Shown in pieces: positions 19,926 through 28,085 of a DNA stretch of 45,531 bases (the first letter of the stretch is position 1; every line of letters starts with the position of its first letter). Origin of the DNA: Clostridia bacterium (lineage in GTDB: Bacteria > Bacillota > Clostridia > TANB77 > CAG-508); contig JAAWEC010000057.1 in the NCBI GenBank assembly GCA_022794095.1, positions 1 to 45,531 on the forward strand, given 5' to 3'. The notes beneath the pieces are model-generated. The model was not told the origin of the DNA. It made no database searches and saw only the letters and a program-made list of their open reading frames with translations. A program made the position numbers and the translations under genes.

Positions 19926-20402
19926 TTAGCACTTTGTAAACATTTTAAAATCTTCATCCTCTTGTTCTAATTTTGGCTTTATTTTTTTACTCATTGTTAC
20001 TTTTGTTCCTAACCCAACTATGGACTCTATTTCCATTCTATCCATAAAGCTTTCCATAATCGTAAATCCCATTCCAGATCTCTCTAAATTAGGTTTTGTT
20101 GTATATAAAGGTTCTTTAGCTATTTCAATGTCTTCAATCCCTTTACCTTTATCTGAAATTTCAAGTATTATTTCATTTTGTCTTAAATGCCCCACAATTT
20201 TAACAATTCCTTGTTTGTTCTCATATCCATGAATAATACAATTCGTAACTGCTTCTGAAACTGCTGTTTTTATGTCTGATATTTCTTCAATTGTTGGGTC
20301 TAATTGTGCTGCAAAAGCTGCTACTGCAACCCTTGCAAAAGCTTCATTTGTTGACTTACTAATAAACTCTAATTTCATTTCATTTTCAAAAATTTCTTTC
20401 AT
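19926..20402 (-). CDS. spoIIAB: Anti-sigma F factor (serine kinase)
   Basis: It has the HATPase fold motifs ([26 protein letters not shown]). It sits between spoIIAA and sigF. Confidence 0.9.
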   Translation of the reverse strand: MKEIFENEMKLEFISKSTNEAFARVAVAAFAAQLDPTIEEISDIKTAVSEAVTNCIIHGYENKQGIVKIVGHLRQNEIILEISDKGKGIEDIEIAKEPLYTTKPNLERSGMGFTIMESFMDRMEIESIVGLGTKVTMSKKIKPKLEQEDEDFKMFTKC

Positions 20403-20467
20403 TATTTAAAATCCTTTCTTTTAAACACATTATGTTTGTTACTTGTATAAAACTGCATACCTAAACT

Positions 20468-20773
20468 TTATGCAACTAAAACTAATTTTAAAATCCCACT
20501 CATTTCAAAAATCCTTTTTACACTTGCATTTAAATTTCTAATTTCTAATGTTGCACCTATCATGCTTGCAAACTTATATCTACCAATTATCATTCCTATT
20601 CCTGCACTATCCATGAAAGTGACACAATCAAAATCAAATACAATTCTTTTAGGCATATATCTCTCAATTTCATAATCTGCTATCCTCCTTATCTTTTGTA
20701 CACTACAATCATCAATTTCCTCTGTAATTGTAAACACTAAAAGCTTGTCCTCTTCATAAAATTTAGATTCCAT
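20468..20773 (-). CDS. spoIIAA: Anti-sigma F factor antagonist (STAS domain)
   Basis: It is a 101-aa STAS protein with the phospho-Ser context FMDSAGIG. It is the first gene of the spoIIA operon, with RBS GAGGGGAG. Confidence 0.85.
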   Translation of the reverse strand: MESKFYEEDKLLVFTITEEIDDCSVQKIRRIADYEIERYMPKRIVFDFDCVTFMDSAGIGMIIGRYKFASMIGATLEIRNLNASVKRIFEMSGILKLVLVA

Positions 20774-20809
20774 TTAATCTCTCCCCTCTTATCTATGTAT
20801 TTAATTTGT

Positions 20810-20838
20810 ATTATAAACTCTTTTCCATATTTTTCCAA
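20810..20838 (-). promoter_or_regulatory. Candidate promoter of the spoIIA operon
   Basis: Minus strand reads TTGGAA - 17 nt - TATAAT. The sigma factor assignment (A versus H) is not resolvable by eye. Confidence 0.35.
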
Positions 20839-20877
20839 GAGCAAAACTTAAGAAGTTTTGTCGTTTCATGAAAAGTT

Positions 20878-20884
20878 TTCGACA
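20878..20884 (-). promoter_or_regulatory. Candidate Spo0A box (TGTCGAA) upstream of spoIIAA
   Basis: There is an exact TGNCGAA match on the minus strand about 45 nt upstream of the -35. A second near-match, TGTCGTT, lies on the plus strand at 20859-20865. Confidence 0.35.
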
Positions 20885-20900
20885 ATTTCTCACACAAAAG

Positions 20901-20930
20901 TAGGATTCGGGGACGGCCCCCAAATCCTAT
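20901..20930. repeat. REP hairpin flanking the RAYT gene (3' side)
   Basis: In taggattcggggacggcccccaaatcctat, an 11-nt arm pairs with ccccaaatcct. It is the reverse complement of the 21951-21981 copy with one mismatch. It contains the RAYT TAG stop and is followed by CTTTTGTGTG on the minus strand. Confidence 0.8.
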
Positions 20931-21694
20931 TGTTTGCATTCACTTATTTTTTTCATTATCTTTGTTACTGTATTTTTATTTATTTTTAATAAAGAGGATA
21001 TTCTTTTATTTGTTATATTTGTTTTCTCACTTAATTCTTTTACTAATTCTAATAAAAGATTTCTCTCTTTCTTTACTATATTTATTGACAGATTATTGCT
21101 TTTTAAATGCTCACTTATTATTTTTTCATAATTATTACTTTTTTCTTCTATATCTTTTATTCCAATTTTACTATAATTTTTATGAATAAAATTAAAAATA
21201 TCTTTATATTCATATGTTTCAAAAATTAAGAAAATTTTTTCTTTACTTACTAAATCTTTTTCAAAATCTCTATAAGAAGAATATTTATATTCTTCCAATT
21301 CTTTTACTATTCCTGCTTTTATTGGATTATTATGTATATATGCAATAACATTGTATAATTGCTGTCTATCTTGAATTTCTTGCGAATAAAATCTATTTCT
21401 GAACAAATATCCAACTCGATTTTCCTTTTTATTATAATAATTTGCAAACTTTGAATTAACGATATGCATAAATTTTGAAACATCTTTTATATTCTCATAA
21501 TACAAACACATATGCATATGATTATCCATAATGACATATGCTAATAAATCCAAATTAAACTTCCTAAGATTTTCCATTATTAAATAAAAATACTTTTCTT
21601 TATATACATCTTCCTTAAAAATATACTGTTTTTCAATTCCTTGAACCATAATATGCGAAAAATGTGATATTATATTTCTTCTTGCTCTTCTCAA
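20927..21694 (-). mobile_element. REP-associated tyrosine transposase (RAYT, IS200/Y1 HUH family) with a C-terminal HTH-like tail
   Basis: It has the HUH motif DNHMHM and a catalytic Tyr context AYIHNNPIKAGIV. The N-terminus is typical of IS200-like TnpA. Inverted REP hairpins flank it on both sides. The start is TTG with AAAGGAG upstream. Confidence 0.75.
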
Positions 21695-21840
21695 ATAATC
21701 AAATACTCCTTTACATAATTTTTTTTAAATTATACCCTAAACAAATTGAAAAATTTGTCATAGTTCGTCGAATATATAAAATTATTATTATATTTTTTAT
21801 ACAAGAACAAAAGGAGCATAATTAAAATTTTTAACCTTTT

Positions 21841-21905
21841 AGATTACTTTACATACTCCGTTTTTGTTCACCTGCCAAATTTGCTTTGCAAATTTGTGTA
21901 GAATG
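21841..21905 (-). repeat. Structured intergenic repeat, copy A (~65 nt)
   Basis: Plus strand reads agattaCTTTACATACTCCGTTTTTGTTCACCTGCCAAATTTGCTTTGCAAATTTGTGTAGAATG and aligns with copies at 25071-25131 and 32782-32847. The internal hairpin is CAAATTTGC-ttt-GCAAATTTG. Confidence 0.75.
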
Positions 21906-21907
21906 TA

Positions 21908-21951
21908 TTTTTGTCGTATAGAAAAATCTGTGTTTTTCTATACGACAAAAA
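21908..21951. repeat. Perfect 19-bp-stem hairpin between the valS REP and repeat copy A
   Basis: The sequence is tttttgtcgtatagaaaaa-tctgtg-tttttctatacgacaaaaa. Confidence 0.8.
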
Positions 21952-21981
21952 TAGGATTTGGGGGCCGTCCCCAAATCCTAC
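21951..21981. repeat. REP hairpin (5'-side flank of RAYT, 3' end of valS)
   Basis: In ataggatttgggggccgtccccaaatcctac, an 11-bp stem encloses a GC-rich loop. It contains the valS TAG stop. On the minus strand the hairpin is followed by ATTTTTGTCG. Confidence 0.8.
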
Positions 21982-24629
21982 TTTCCTATTTTATTTAGCA
22001 TTTCTTTATATTTTTCTAATTTTGCTTTCTCTTCATCTATTTTTGCCTGTGGTGCTTTGTTTATAAATCCTGGGTTTGAAAGCATTTTTTCACATCTTGC
22101 AACTTCTTGCTCTAGCCTTTTCTTTTCTTCTTCTTGTCTTAATTTTTCTTCTTCTTTATTTATTAATCCCTCTAATGGCATATATAGTTCTATTCCGTCT
22201 GTTATAATTTGAATAGCATCTTCTGGAATACCTGTTTTGTCCTTTTGAATTATTACAGTTTGACCAAACCCTAATTTTAATAAGAATTCTTTTGCTTCAT
22301 CTATTTCTTTATTATATTTTTGTGTTACAAATATTAAGTCTGCTTTTTTTGATGGATGTATATTTTTACTTGCTCTTATATTTCTAATTTCAACTATTAT
22401 TTGTTTTAACTTTTCAATGATGTCATTATTTTCATCATAATCTACTCTCTGTCTTACTTTTGGCCAATTTGCTACTATTAATTCTTTATTATTATAATTA
22501 ACTAAATTTTCATAAATTTCAGATGTAACAAAAGGCATAAATGGATGTAATAGCTTTAAGCTGTCACCAAATACATAATTCAAAACAAAACTTACTTGCA
22601 CTTTATCTTGTTTATTATCACTATACAATCTGGTTTTGACCATCTCAATATACCAATCACAAAATTCGTTCCAAATAAAGCTATATATATTATCTAATGC
22701 TACTCCTAAGTCATATTCTTCCATATTTCTTGTAACTGTTTTTATTAGATTATCTAATTTGTTTAAAATCCATCTATCTTCTATTCTTAAAGCATCTGTT
22801 TTATATTTTTTTGTTTCTTTATCTTTAATACTTTCACCAAATTCAAGTATTTCTTCTTTTGATGCCATATTCATTATGATGAACTTAGCTGCATTCCATA
22901 TTTTATTAGCAAAATTTGATGCTTGTTCTAATTTTTCTGGCAAGTAACGTATATCATTTCCCATTGTAGTTCCAGATAACACTAAAAACCTTAAACTATC
23001 AGCACCATATTGGTCGATTACTTCAATTGGGTCAACACCATTTCCTAAAGTTTTTGACATTTTTCTTCCTTGACTATCTCTTACAATTCCATGAATTAAA
23101 ACATCACTAAATGGTTTTTCCTTCATCAGTTCTAAACTAGAAAATACCATTCTTGCAACCCAGAAAAAGATAATGTCATAACCTGTTACTAATACATTTG
23201 TTGGGAAAAATGTTTTTAAGTCTTTGGCTTCTTTATTTGGCCAACCTAATGTAGAAAATGGCCATAATGCAGAACTAAACCATGTGTCTAATGTGTCTGG
23301 GTCTTGTTTTAATTTGTTACTACCACACTTACCACATTTTTCTGGTTTTATTTTTGCTACATTAATATGTCCACATTCTTCACAATAATAAGCAGGTATT
23401 TGATGCCCCCACCATAATTGCCTAGAAATACACCAATCTTGGATATTTTCCATCCAATTAAAATATGTTTTTTCATATCTTTTAGGAACAAATTTTACAT
23501 CTTCATTTTTAACTGCTTCTATTGCTGGCTTAGCCAGTTCTTTCATCTTTACGAACCATTGCTCTGAAATTTTAGGCTCAATTGTATTTTTACATCTTTC
23601 ACATTTCCCTACATTATGTGTGTATTCTTCTTCTTTTACTAATGCTCCTATTTCTTTTAGCTTTTCTACAATTTTCTTTCTTGCATCTATTAAATCCATT
23701 CCTTGATACTCTGGAACTAGATTTCCCATTTTGAAGTTTTCATCAAATACTTCTATTATTTCTAAATTATGTCTTAATCCTGCTTGATAGTCATTCATGT
23801 CATGTGCTGGTGTGATTTTTACTGCTCCTGTTCCAAATTCTTTTTCTACAAAAGTATCTGCTATAATTGGAATTTCTTTATCCATAATTGGTAAAATACA
23901 AGTTTTTCCTACTAAATCTTTATATCTTTCATCATCTGGATGTACTGCTACTGCTGTATCTCCTAACATTGTTTCAGGTCTTGTTGTTGCAACAATAATG
24001 TATTTGTCCTCTCCTTTTACTTTATATCTAATATGCCATAAATGTGAAGCTTCTTCTTTGTATTCTACTTCTGCATCTGAAATAGAAGTGTTACAATTTG
24101 TACACCAGTTTACCATCCTTTTTCCTTTATAGATTAAGCCTTTGTTATATAAATTAACAAATTGTTCTAATACAGCATCTGATAACCCTTCATCTAATGT
24201 AAATCTTTTTCTGTCCCAGTCACATGAACAACCTAGTTTTCTTTGTTGTTTTTGAATTGTTCCACCATAAAGTTTTGTCCATTCCCATGCTTCTTCGATG
24301 AATTTTTCTCTTCCTAAATCATATTTTGTCTTTCCCTCTGATTTTAGTTTTTGTACTACTTTCATTTCTGTTGATATTGAAGAATGGTCTGTTCCTGGTA
24401 CCCATAAAGTATTATATCCTTGCATTCTTTTAAAACGAATTAAAATGTCTTGTATTGTATCATCTAATGCATGACCCATATGCAACTTTCCTGTTACATT
24501 TGGTGGTGGCATCATAATGCAATAACTTTCCTTGGTTTCGTCCATACTTGGTTTGAAATATCCTTTTTCTTCCCAATGCTCATATAATTTTTCTTCAAAA
24601 TCTTTTGGGTTGTATTTTTCTTTTAACAT
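21978..24629 (-). CDS. valS: Valine--tRNA ligase
   Basis: It is 883 aa with class I HIGH (PNVTGKLHMGHAL) and KMSKS (GRKMSKTLGN) motifs, a CP1 editing domain and a C-terminal coiled coil. RBS is AAGGAGG. Confidence 0.95.
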   Translation of the reverse strand: MLKEKYNPKDFEEKLYEHWEEKGYFKPSMDETKESYCIMMPPPNVTGKLHMGHALDDTIQDILIRFKRMQGYNTLWVPGTDHSSISTEMKVVQKLKSEGKTKYDLGREKFIEEAWEWTKLYGGTIQKQQRKLGCSCDWDRKRFTLDEGLSDAVLEQFVNLYNKGLIYKGKRMVNWCTNCNTSISDAEVEYKEEASHLWHIRYKVKGEDKYIIVATTRPETMLGDTAVAVHPDDERYKDLVGKTCILPIMDKEIPIIADTFVEKEFGTGAVKITPAHDMNDYQAGLRHNLEIIEVFDENFKMGNLVPEYQGMDLIDARKKIVEKLKEIGALVKEEEYTHNVGKCERCKNTIEPKISEQWFVKMKELAKPAIEAVKNEDVKFVPKRYEKTYFNWMENIQDWCISRQLWWGHQIPAYYCEECGHINVAKIKPEKCGKCGSNKLKQDPDTLDTWFSSALWPFSTLGWPNKEAKDLKTFFPTNVLVTGYDIIFFWVARMVFSSLELMKEKPFSDVLIHGIVRDSQGRKMSKTLGNGVDPIEVIDQYGADSLRFLVLSGTTMGNDIRYLPEKLEQASNFANKIWNAAKFIIMNMASKEEILEFGESIKDKETKKYKTDALRIEDRWILNKLDNLIKTVTRNMEEYDLGVALDNIYSFIWNEFCDWYIEMVKTRLYSDNKQDKVQVSFVLNYVFGDSLKLLHPFMPFVTSEIYENLVNYNNKELIVANWPKVRQRVDYDENNDIIEKLKQIIVEIRNIRASKNIHPSKKADLIFVTQKYNKEIDEAKEFLLKLGFGQTVIIQKDKTGIPEDAIQIITDGIELYMPLEGLINKEEEKLRQEEEKKRLEQEVARCEKMLSNPGFINKAPQAKIDEEKAKLEKYKEMLNKIGK

Positions 24630-24641
24630 AAAAATTCCTCC

Positions 24642-25046
24642 TTATCTTGTTTTTTCTTTATCTTTTGATAAATTTACATTTACTCCTAATGGCATATTTC
24701 TTTCTAACAAATCTGGATTATGCATTTCTTTTTTATATTTTTCTTTATACTCTTCAAATGTTTTTATTTTACCTTTTTCAATATATTCTCTTGCTACACA
24801 ATAAAGCATACGATATGTTCCTTCTGGAATTGTAGTTTCATCTATTGCAAAAAATGCTTCTTTTTCTAAATTTGTTAATTTTCCACCATTTTGATAACAT
24901 AAAAGTATTAATTCTTTATTTTTACGTATCTTAGCATCTCTCATTAACTTTAAGTTATGTTCTATTTTCCTTTGTTGTTTTTCTTGTTCTTTTGCTCTTT
25001 CTATTTGTTCTTTTGTAGGAATCTGTCTTGATTTAAACTCGTTCAT
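24642..25046 (-). CDS. Hypothetical 134-aa K/E-rich protein located between the T-box leader and valS
   Basis: It is an intact ORF with RBS AAAGGAA, ending 12 nt before the valS start. I recognise no family. Confidence 0.5.
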   Translation of the reverse strand: MNEFKSRQIPTKEQIERAKEQEKQQRKIEHNLKLMRDAKIRKNKELILLCYQNGGKLTNLEKEAFFAIDETTIPEGTYRMLYCVAREYIEKGKIKTFEEYKEKYKKEMHNPDLLERNMPLGVNVNLSKDKEKTR

Positions 25047-25070
25047 TTTAACATCATTCCTTTCTTAATG

Positions 25071-25131
25071 CTTTACATGCTCCGTTTTTGTTCGCCCACG
25101 AAAATTGCTTTGCAATTTTTTTTGTGGAACG
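25071..25131 (-). repeat. Structured intergenic repeat, copy B
   Basis: The sequence is CTTTACATGCTCCGTTTTTGTTCGCCCACGAAAATTGCTTTGCAATTTTTTTTGTGGAACG. Its hairpin GAAAATTGC-ttt-GCAATTTT differs from copies A and C on both arms while keeping pairing. Confidence 0.7.
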
Positions 25132-25171
25132 CTTTATATTATAGAAAGTTTAGAGAATTTTCTTATAATAT

Positions 25172-25415
25172 AAAAAACACTCGCCCTATGTTTAAGGGCG
25201 AGCTATTTTCTCACGGTACCACCTTAATTATAATTTATTTCTAAATTATGTCTTAGTTAGCTTTTAACGTGGCTTAAACGAATATTCCTATTTTGTATTT
25301 CTCAGAATATCAACTAAAAAAGCTACTTTCCATTTACTTTTTCTTAAGAAGTTCCCAGCCTATGACTTCTTTTCTCTTGAAAGAAAAATTATAAATGTAC
25401 TCTCTTTTTTCTTGT
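25172..25415 (-). promoter_or_regulatory. T-box riboswitch leader, probable Val specifier (GUA at 25335-25337)
   Basis: Minus strand carries AGAGAGUAC near the 5' end. Stem I pairs UUUUUCUU with AAGAAAAA and is followed by GUA-A. The T-box sequence AAUUAAGGUGGUACCGUGAG lies at 25211-25229. The terminator CTCGCCCT-taaacat-AGGGCGAG + TGTTTTTT lies at 25172-25202. Confidence 0.85.
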
Positions 25416-25435
25416 TTTTAACTTTTAACAATATT

Positions 25436-25464
25436 ATTATGCCATAATTTTTGAAAAAAATCAA
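25436..25464 (-). promoter_or_regulatory. Candidate sigma-A promoter of the T-box leader
   Basis: Minus strand reads TTGATT - 17 nt - CATAAT. Confidence 0.45.
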
Positions 25465-25479
25465 TAGTTTTTAACATTT

Positions 25480-26154
25480 TTATCTTGCTTGCCCCATATA
25501 TAGTAATCCTGCAAGTTTAGAAATTGGCATTGTTTGTAACCAAACAGTTCCAGGTCCCTCTAATGTTGTTAAAAATAGACCTTCTCCACCAAATACGATA
25601 TTTTTTACACCTTTTACTGTTTCAATATTTAGTTTGACATCTTTTGTCATAACTGCTACATAGCCATTATCAACCTTTAGTTTTTCACCTGCTTGTAATT
25701 CTTTTTTTACAACAGAACCATCTATTTCTAAAAATACTTTTCCAGGTCCTGTTATTTTTTGCATAATAAATCCTTCTCCTCCAAAAAATCCAGCTCCTAA
25801 TTTTTTACGAAATTGCATAGAAATATCAACTGTATTTTCTGCACAAAGAAAAGAACGTTTTTGAGCAATTATTGTTTCTCCATCTTTTAAGTCAAATTCC
25901 AAAATCTTTCCTGGAAAACATGAAGAAAATCCTATTTCTAATCCATCTTGTTGTGCTGTATATGTATTCATAAAAATAGATTCTCCTGCTAAAGCTCTTC
26001 CCAATCCTTTCATAACTCCACCATTTGTTGATGTTTTCATTTCAAATCCATCATCCATCCAGCTCATTCCACCATTTTCTGTTAAAATGCTTTCACCTTT
26101 TTGTAATTTGCAAATAACTGCTGGTAATGTTTCTCCTATAATTCTTGCTTCCAT
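25480..26154 (-). CDS. AIM24 / TIGR00266 (DUF124) family protein
   Basis: It is 224 aa. The pattern ...LTENGGMSWMDDGFEMKT...GESIFMNTYTA...GGEGFIMQKITGPG...GGEGLFLTTLEGPGTVWLQ is typical of this family. RBS is AAGGAGG. Confidence 0.75.
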   Translation of the reverse strand: MEARIIGETLPAVICKLQKGESILTENGGMSWMDDGFEMKTSTNGGVMKGLGRALAGESIFMNTYTAQQDGLEIGFSSCFPGKILEFDLKDGETIIAQKRSFLCAENTVDISMQFRKKLGAGFFGGEGFIMQKITGPGKVFLEIDGSVVKKELQAGEKLKVDNGYVAVMTKDVKLNIETVKGVKNIVFGGEGLFLTTLEGPGTVWLQTMPISKLAGLLYMGQAR

Positions 26155-26264
26155 ATATAATCCTCCTTTTATTTTCTTTCAATATTATATTACTTTTTAT
26201 GACAAAATTCAACATTTATATTTAATTTTTCCTATAACTGTATCATCTATACTCATCTACAATC

Positions 26265-27369
26265 TCATTTTAGTACTTCATCCATTACTTTTGATAAATA
26301 TTTCATACTTGTCAAACATTGTTCTAATGTATTTCCTGTTGCACCAACTTCAATTATACTTGCATATTTTGCTGTATGCTGGTTATATCTTGATTTTGTT
26401 AGCATAATTGGCTTAAATAATCCTGGATACATCTCTTCAGCTTTTTCTTGTACCTTAACTGCAAACTTTAAATTTTGATTCCAATTCGGATGCCATAATC
26501 CTCCATTATTTGTTCCGAATAACAAACATTATTTGAGCTGCCACATCATTTTCACCTATCTTTACTATTGGTGCATAATCACTTCTACTACCAATTGCAT
26601 CTCTATGAACATCTATTACAATATCTGATGGAGTTGTTTTCAAAATATTTTCAACAGTTTCTAATGAACGTGTATATGAACCATTGTAAGCTGGATAATC
26701 ATGATAAGATGTACTATGTACTACATTATAATTATATTGTTTCAATTGATTTTCCAGTTCAGTTCCAACTCTTGTTACTGTATAATTCAAATCTGTTGTT
26801 CTATAAGTTCCTGTTGGAGTATATGGATATTTTTCACTTGATGTATAACTTTCGCAACTATGTGTATGAAATAATACAACATTTTTATTCTCTATTGTTA
26901 TATCTGGTTTCAAAATATCTTGAGTAAGTTCAAATTCTGTTTCATTTTTAATTTTTACTTTGCCATATTCTGCCTGATATTTTTCTGCAATAGGATTATT
27001 TGTAACAACCTCTGTTTCCAAATTCGTTTGTGCCATCTCAATATTTTGCTTTTGTTCTTCCTCCACTTTATTCTCTTTCACATCTTCATTCTCTATATTA
27101 CTATCCATATTGTTTTCCATGTTCTCAATTACCTTCATAGAACTAATTTGCGTCTTTAAAATCCCTTGCAAAAAATCCTCCTCATAATTTCTTTGTTCAT
27201 CTGTACGATTTATATTAGTTATAGTTGGAACTGTTTGTTTTAAGCAACCTAACATGCTATTATTTTTAGGAATATATTTACTTACAATAAATACCACTAT
27301 ACTTGTTGCTAATATTCCTAATAAATATTTTTTTATATCCTTCATTTTAAGTACTGTAACATTAAACAT
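26265..27369 (-). CDS. spoIIP: Stage II sporulation protein P; ORFs 26506-27387 and 26265-26525 joined at CGGA 26514-26517
   Basis: It has a TM anchor plus the SpoIIP signatures LFHTHSCESY and IDVHRDA. Skipping the C gives ...AAQIMFVIGTNNGGLWHPNWNQNLKFAVKVQ. I prefer the ATG at 27369 (AAGGAG 7 nt upstream). The span is 1105 nt (3n+1). Confidence 0.85.
26514..26517 (-). other. CGGA +1 recoding site
   Basis: ATG TTT GTT ATT [C]GGA ACA AAT AAT GGA gives M F V I G T N N G. The zero frame gives I R N K stop. Confidence 0.85.
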
Positions 27370-27423
27370 ATATATCTCCTTGTCCAAAATATCCTATATA
27401 TATGTATATTCCAACTACTCTAT

Positions 27424-27522
27424 AATTATGCCTAAATATAAGCAATGGGCTATTCAGTGCCTGTCCCAATTATGCCCAAACTCAAAAAGGGTCATTCAGT
27501 GCCTGTCCCAATTATGCCCAAA
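27424..27522. repeat. ~42-43-nt tandem repeat (2.3 units) between the spoIIP start and the upstream terminator
   Basis: The 29-mer attcagtgcctgtcccaattatgcccaaa is exact at 27452-27480 and 27494-27522. A third aattatgcctaaa lies at 27424-27436. Confidence 0.85.
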
Positions 27523-27529
27523 AAACACA

Positions 27530-27570
27530 AAAAAGATGATTTCTATTTTTTAGAATATCATCTTTTTTAT
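27530..27570 (-). terminator. Terminator after the 112-aa membrane protein gene (T-runs on both sides)
   Basis: AAAAGATGATTTCTA-ttttt-TAGAATATCATCTTTT is followed on the minus strand by TTGTGTTTTTT. Confidence 0.65.
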
Positions 27571-27626
27571 TTTTCATTTTTGTTTTTCTCTTTTTGCCTT
27601 CACTTTTTTGTCTTTTTTTGCTTATG

Positions 27627-27965
27627 TTATATTTTTTTCCAAAACCAGTCTAAACTGTTATCAATACTTTTTTTGCCCCCTGCTTTTGCTTCTATGTCAT
27701 CTACCCATAAATAAGAGAAGAATGTTATTAGGACAAATACAAAATCTATTGCAATACATCTAGATAATGTTGATAGCATATATCTAAATTCTTCTGGTAA
27801 AGTAGCCATCTGTGCTACATGCATAATTAATACAATCAAATATGCAAATAGTAAAATTGCTGCTACATAGCTCTTTTTTATTTCTTGTGCAAGAAATATT
27901 AATAATACAGTTGCAGCTAACATTAATATTAGGGTTAATGGATTTGATATATCAAAAATGAACAT
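27627..27965 (-). CDS. Small integral membrane protein (3 predicted TM helices), function unknown
   Basis: It is a 112-aa hydrophobic ORF with RBS GGAGGGG 7 nt upstream. Confidence 0.55.
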   Translation of the reverse strand: MFIFDISNPLTLILMLAATVLLIFLAQEIKKSYVAAILLFAYLIVLIMHVAQMATLPEEFRYMLSTLSRCIAIDFVFVLITFFSYLWVDDIEAKAGGKKSIDNSLDWFWKKI

Positions 27966-28085
27966 ATAATCCCCTCCGTTTTCTTTTGTTTTATTTACAT
28001 TTATATGTTATCATTATTTTTTCTTAAAATCAACACTTTTTTGTTAATTTTATATTACATTTGTATTACAAGTTTCATATATTTT

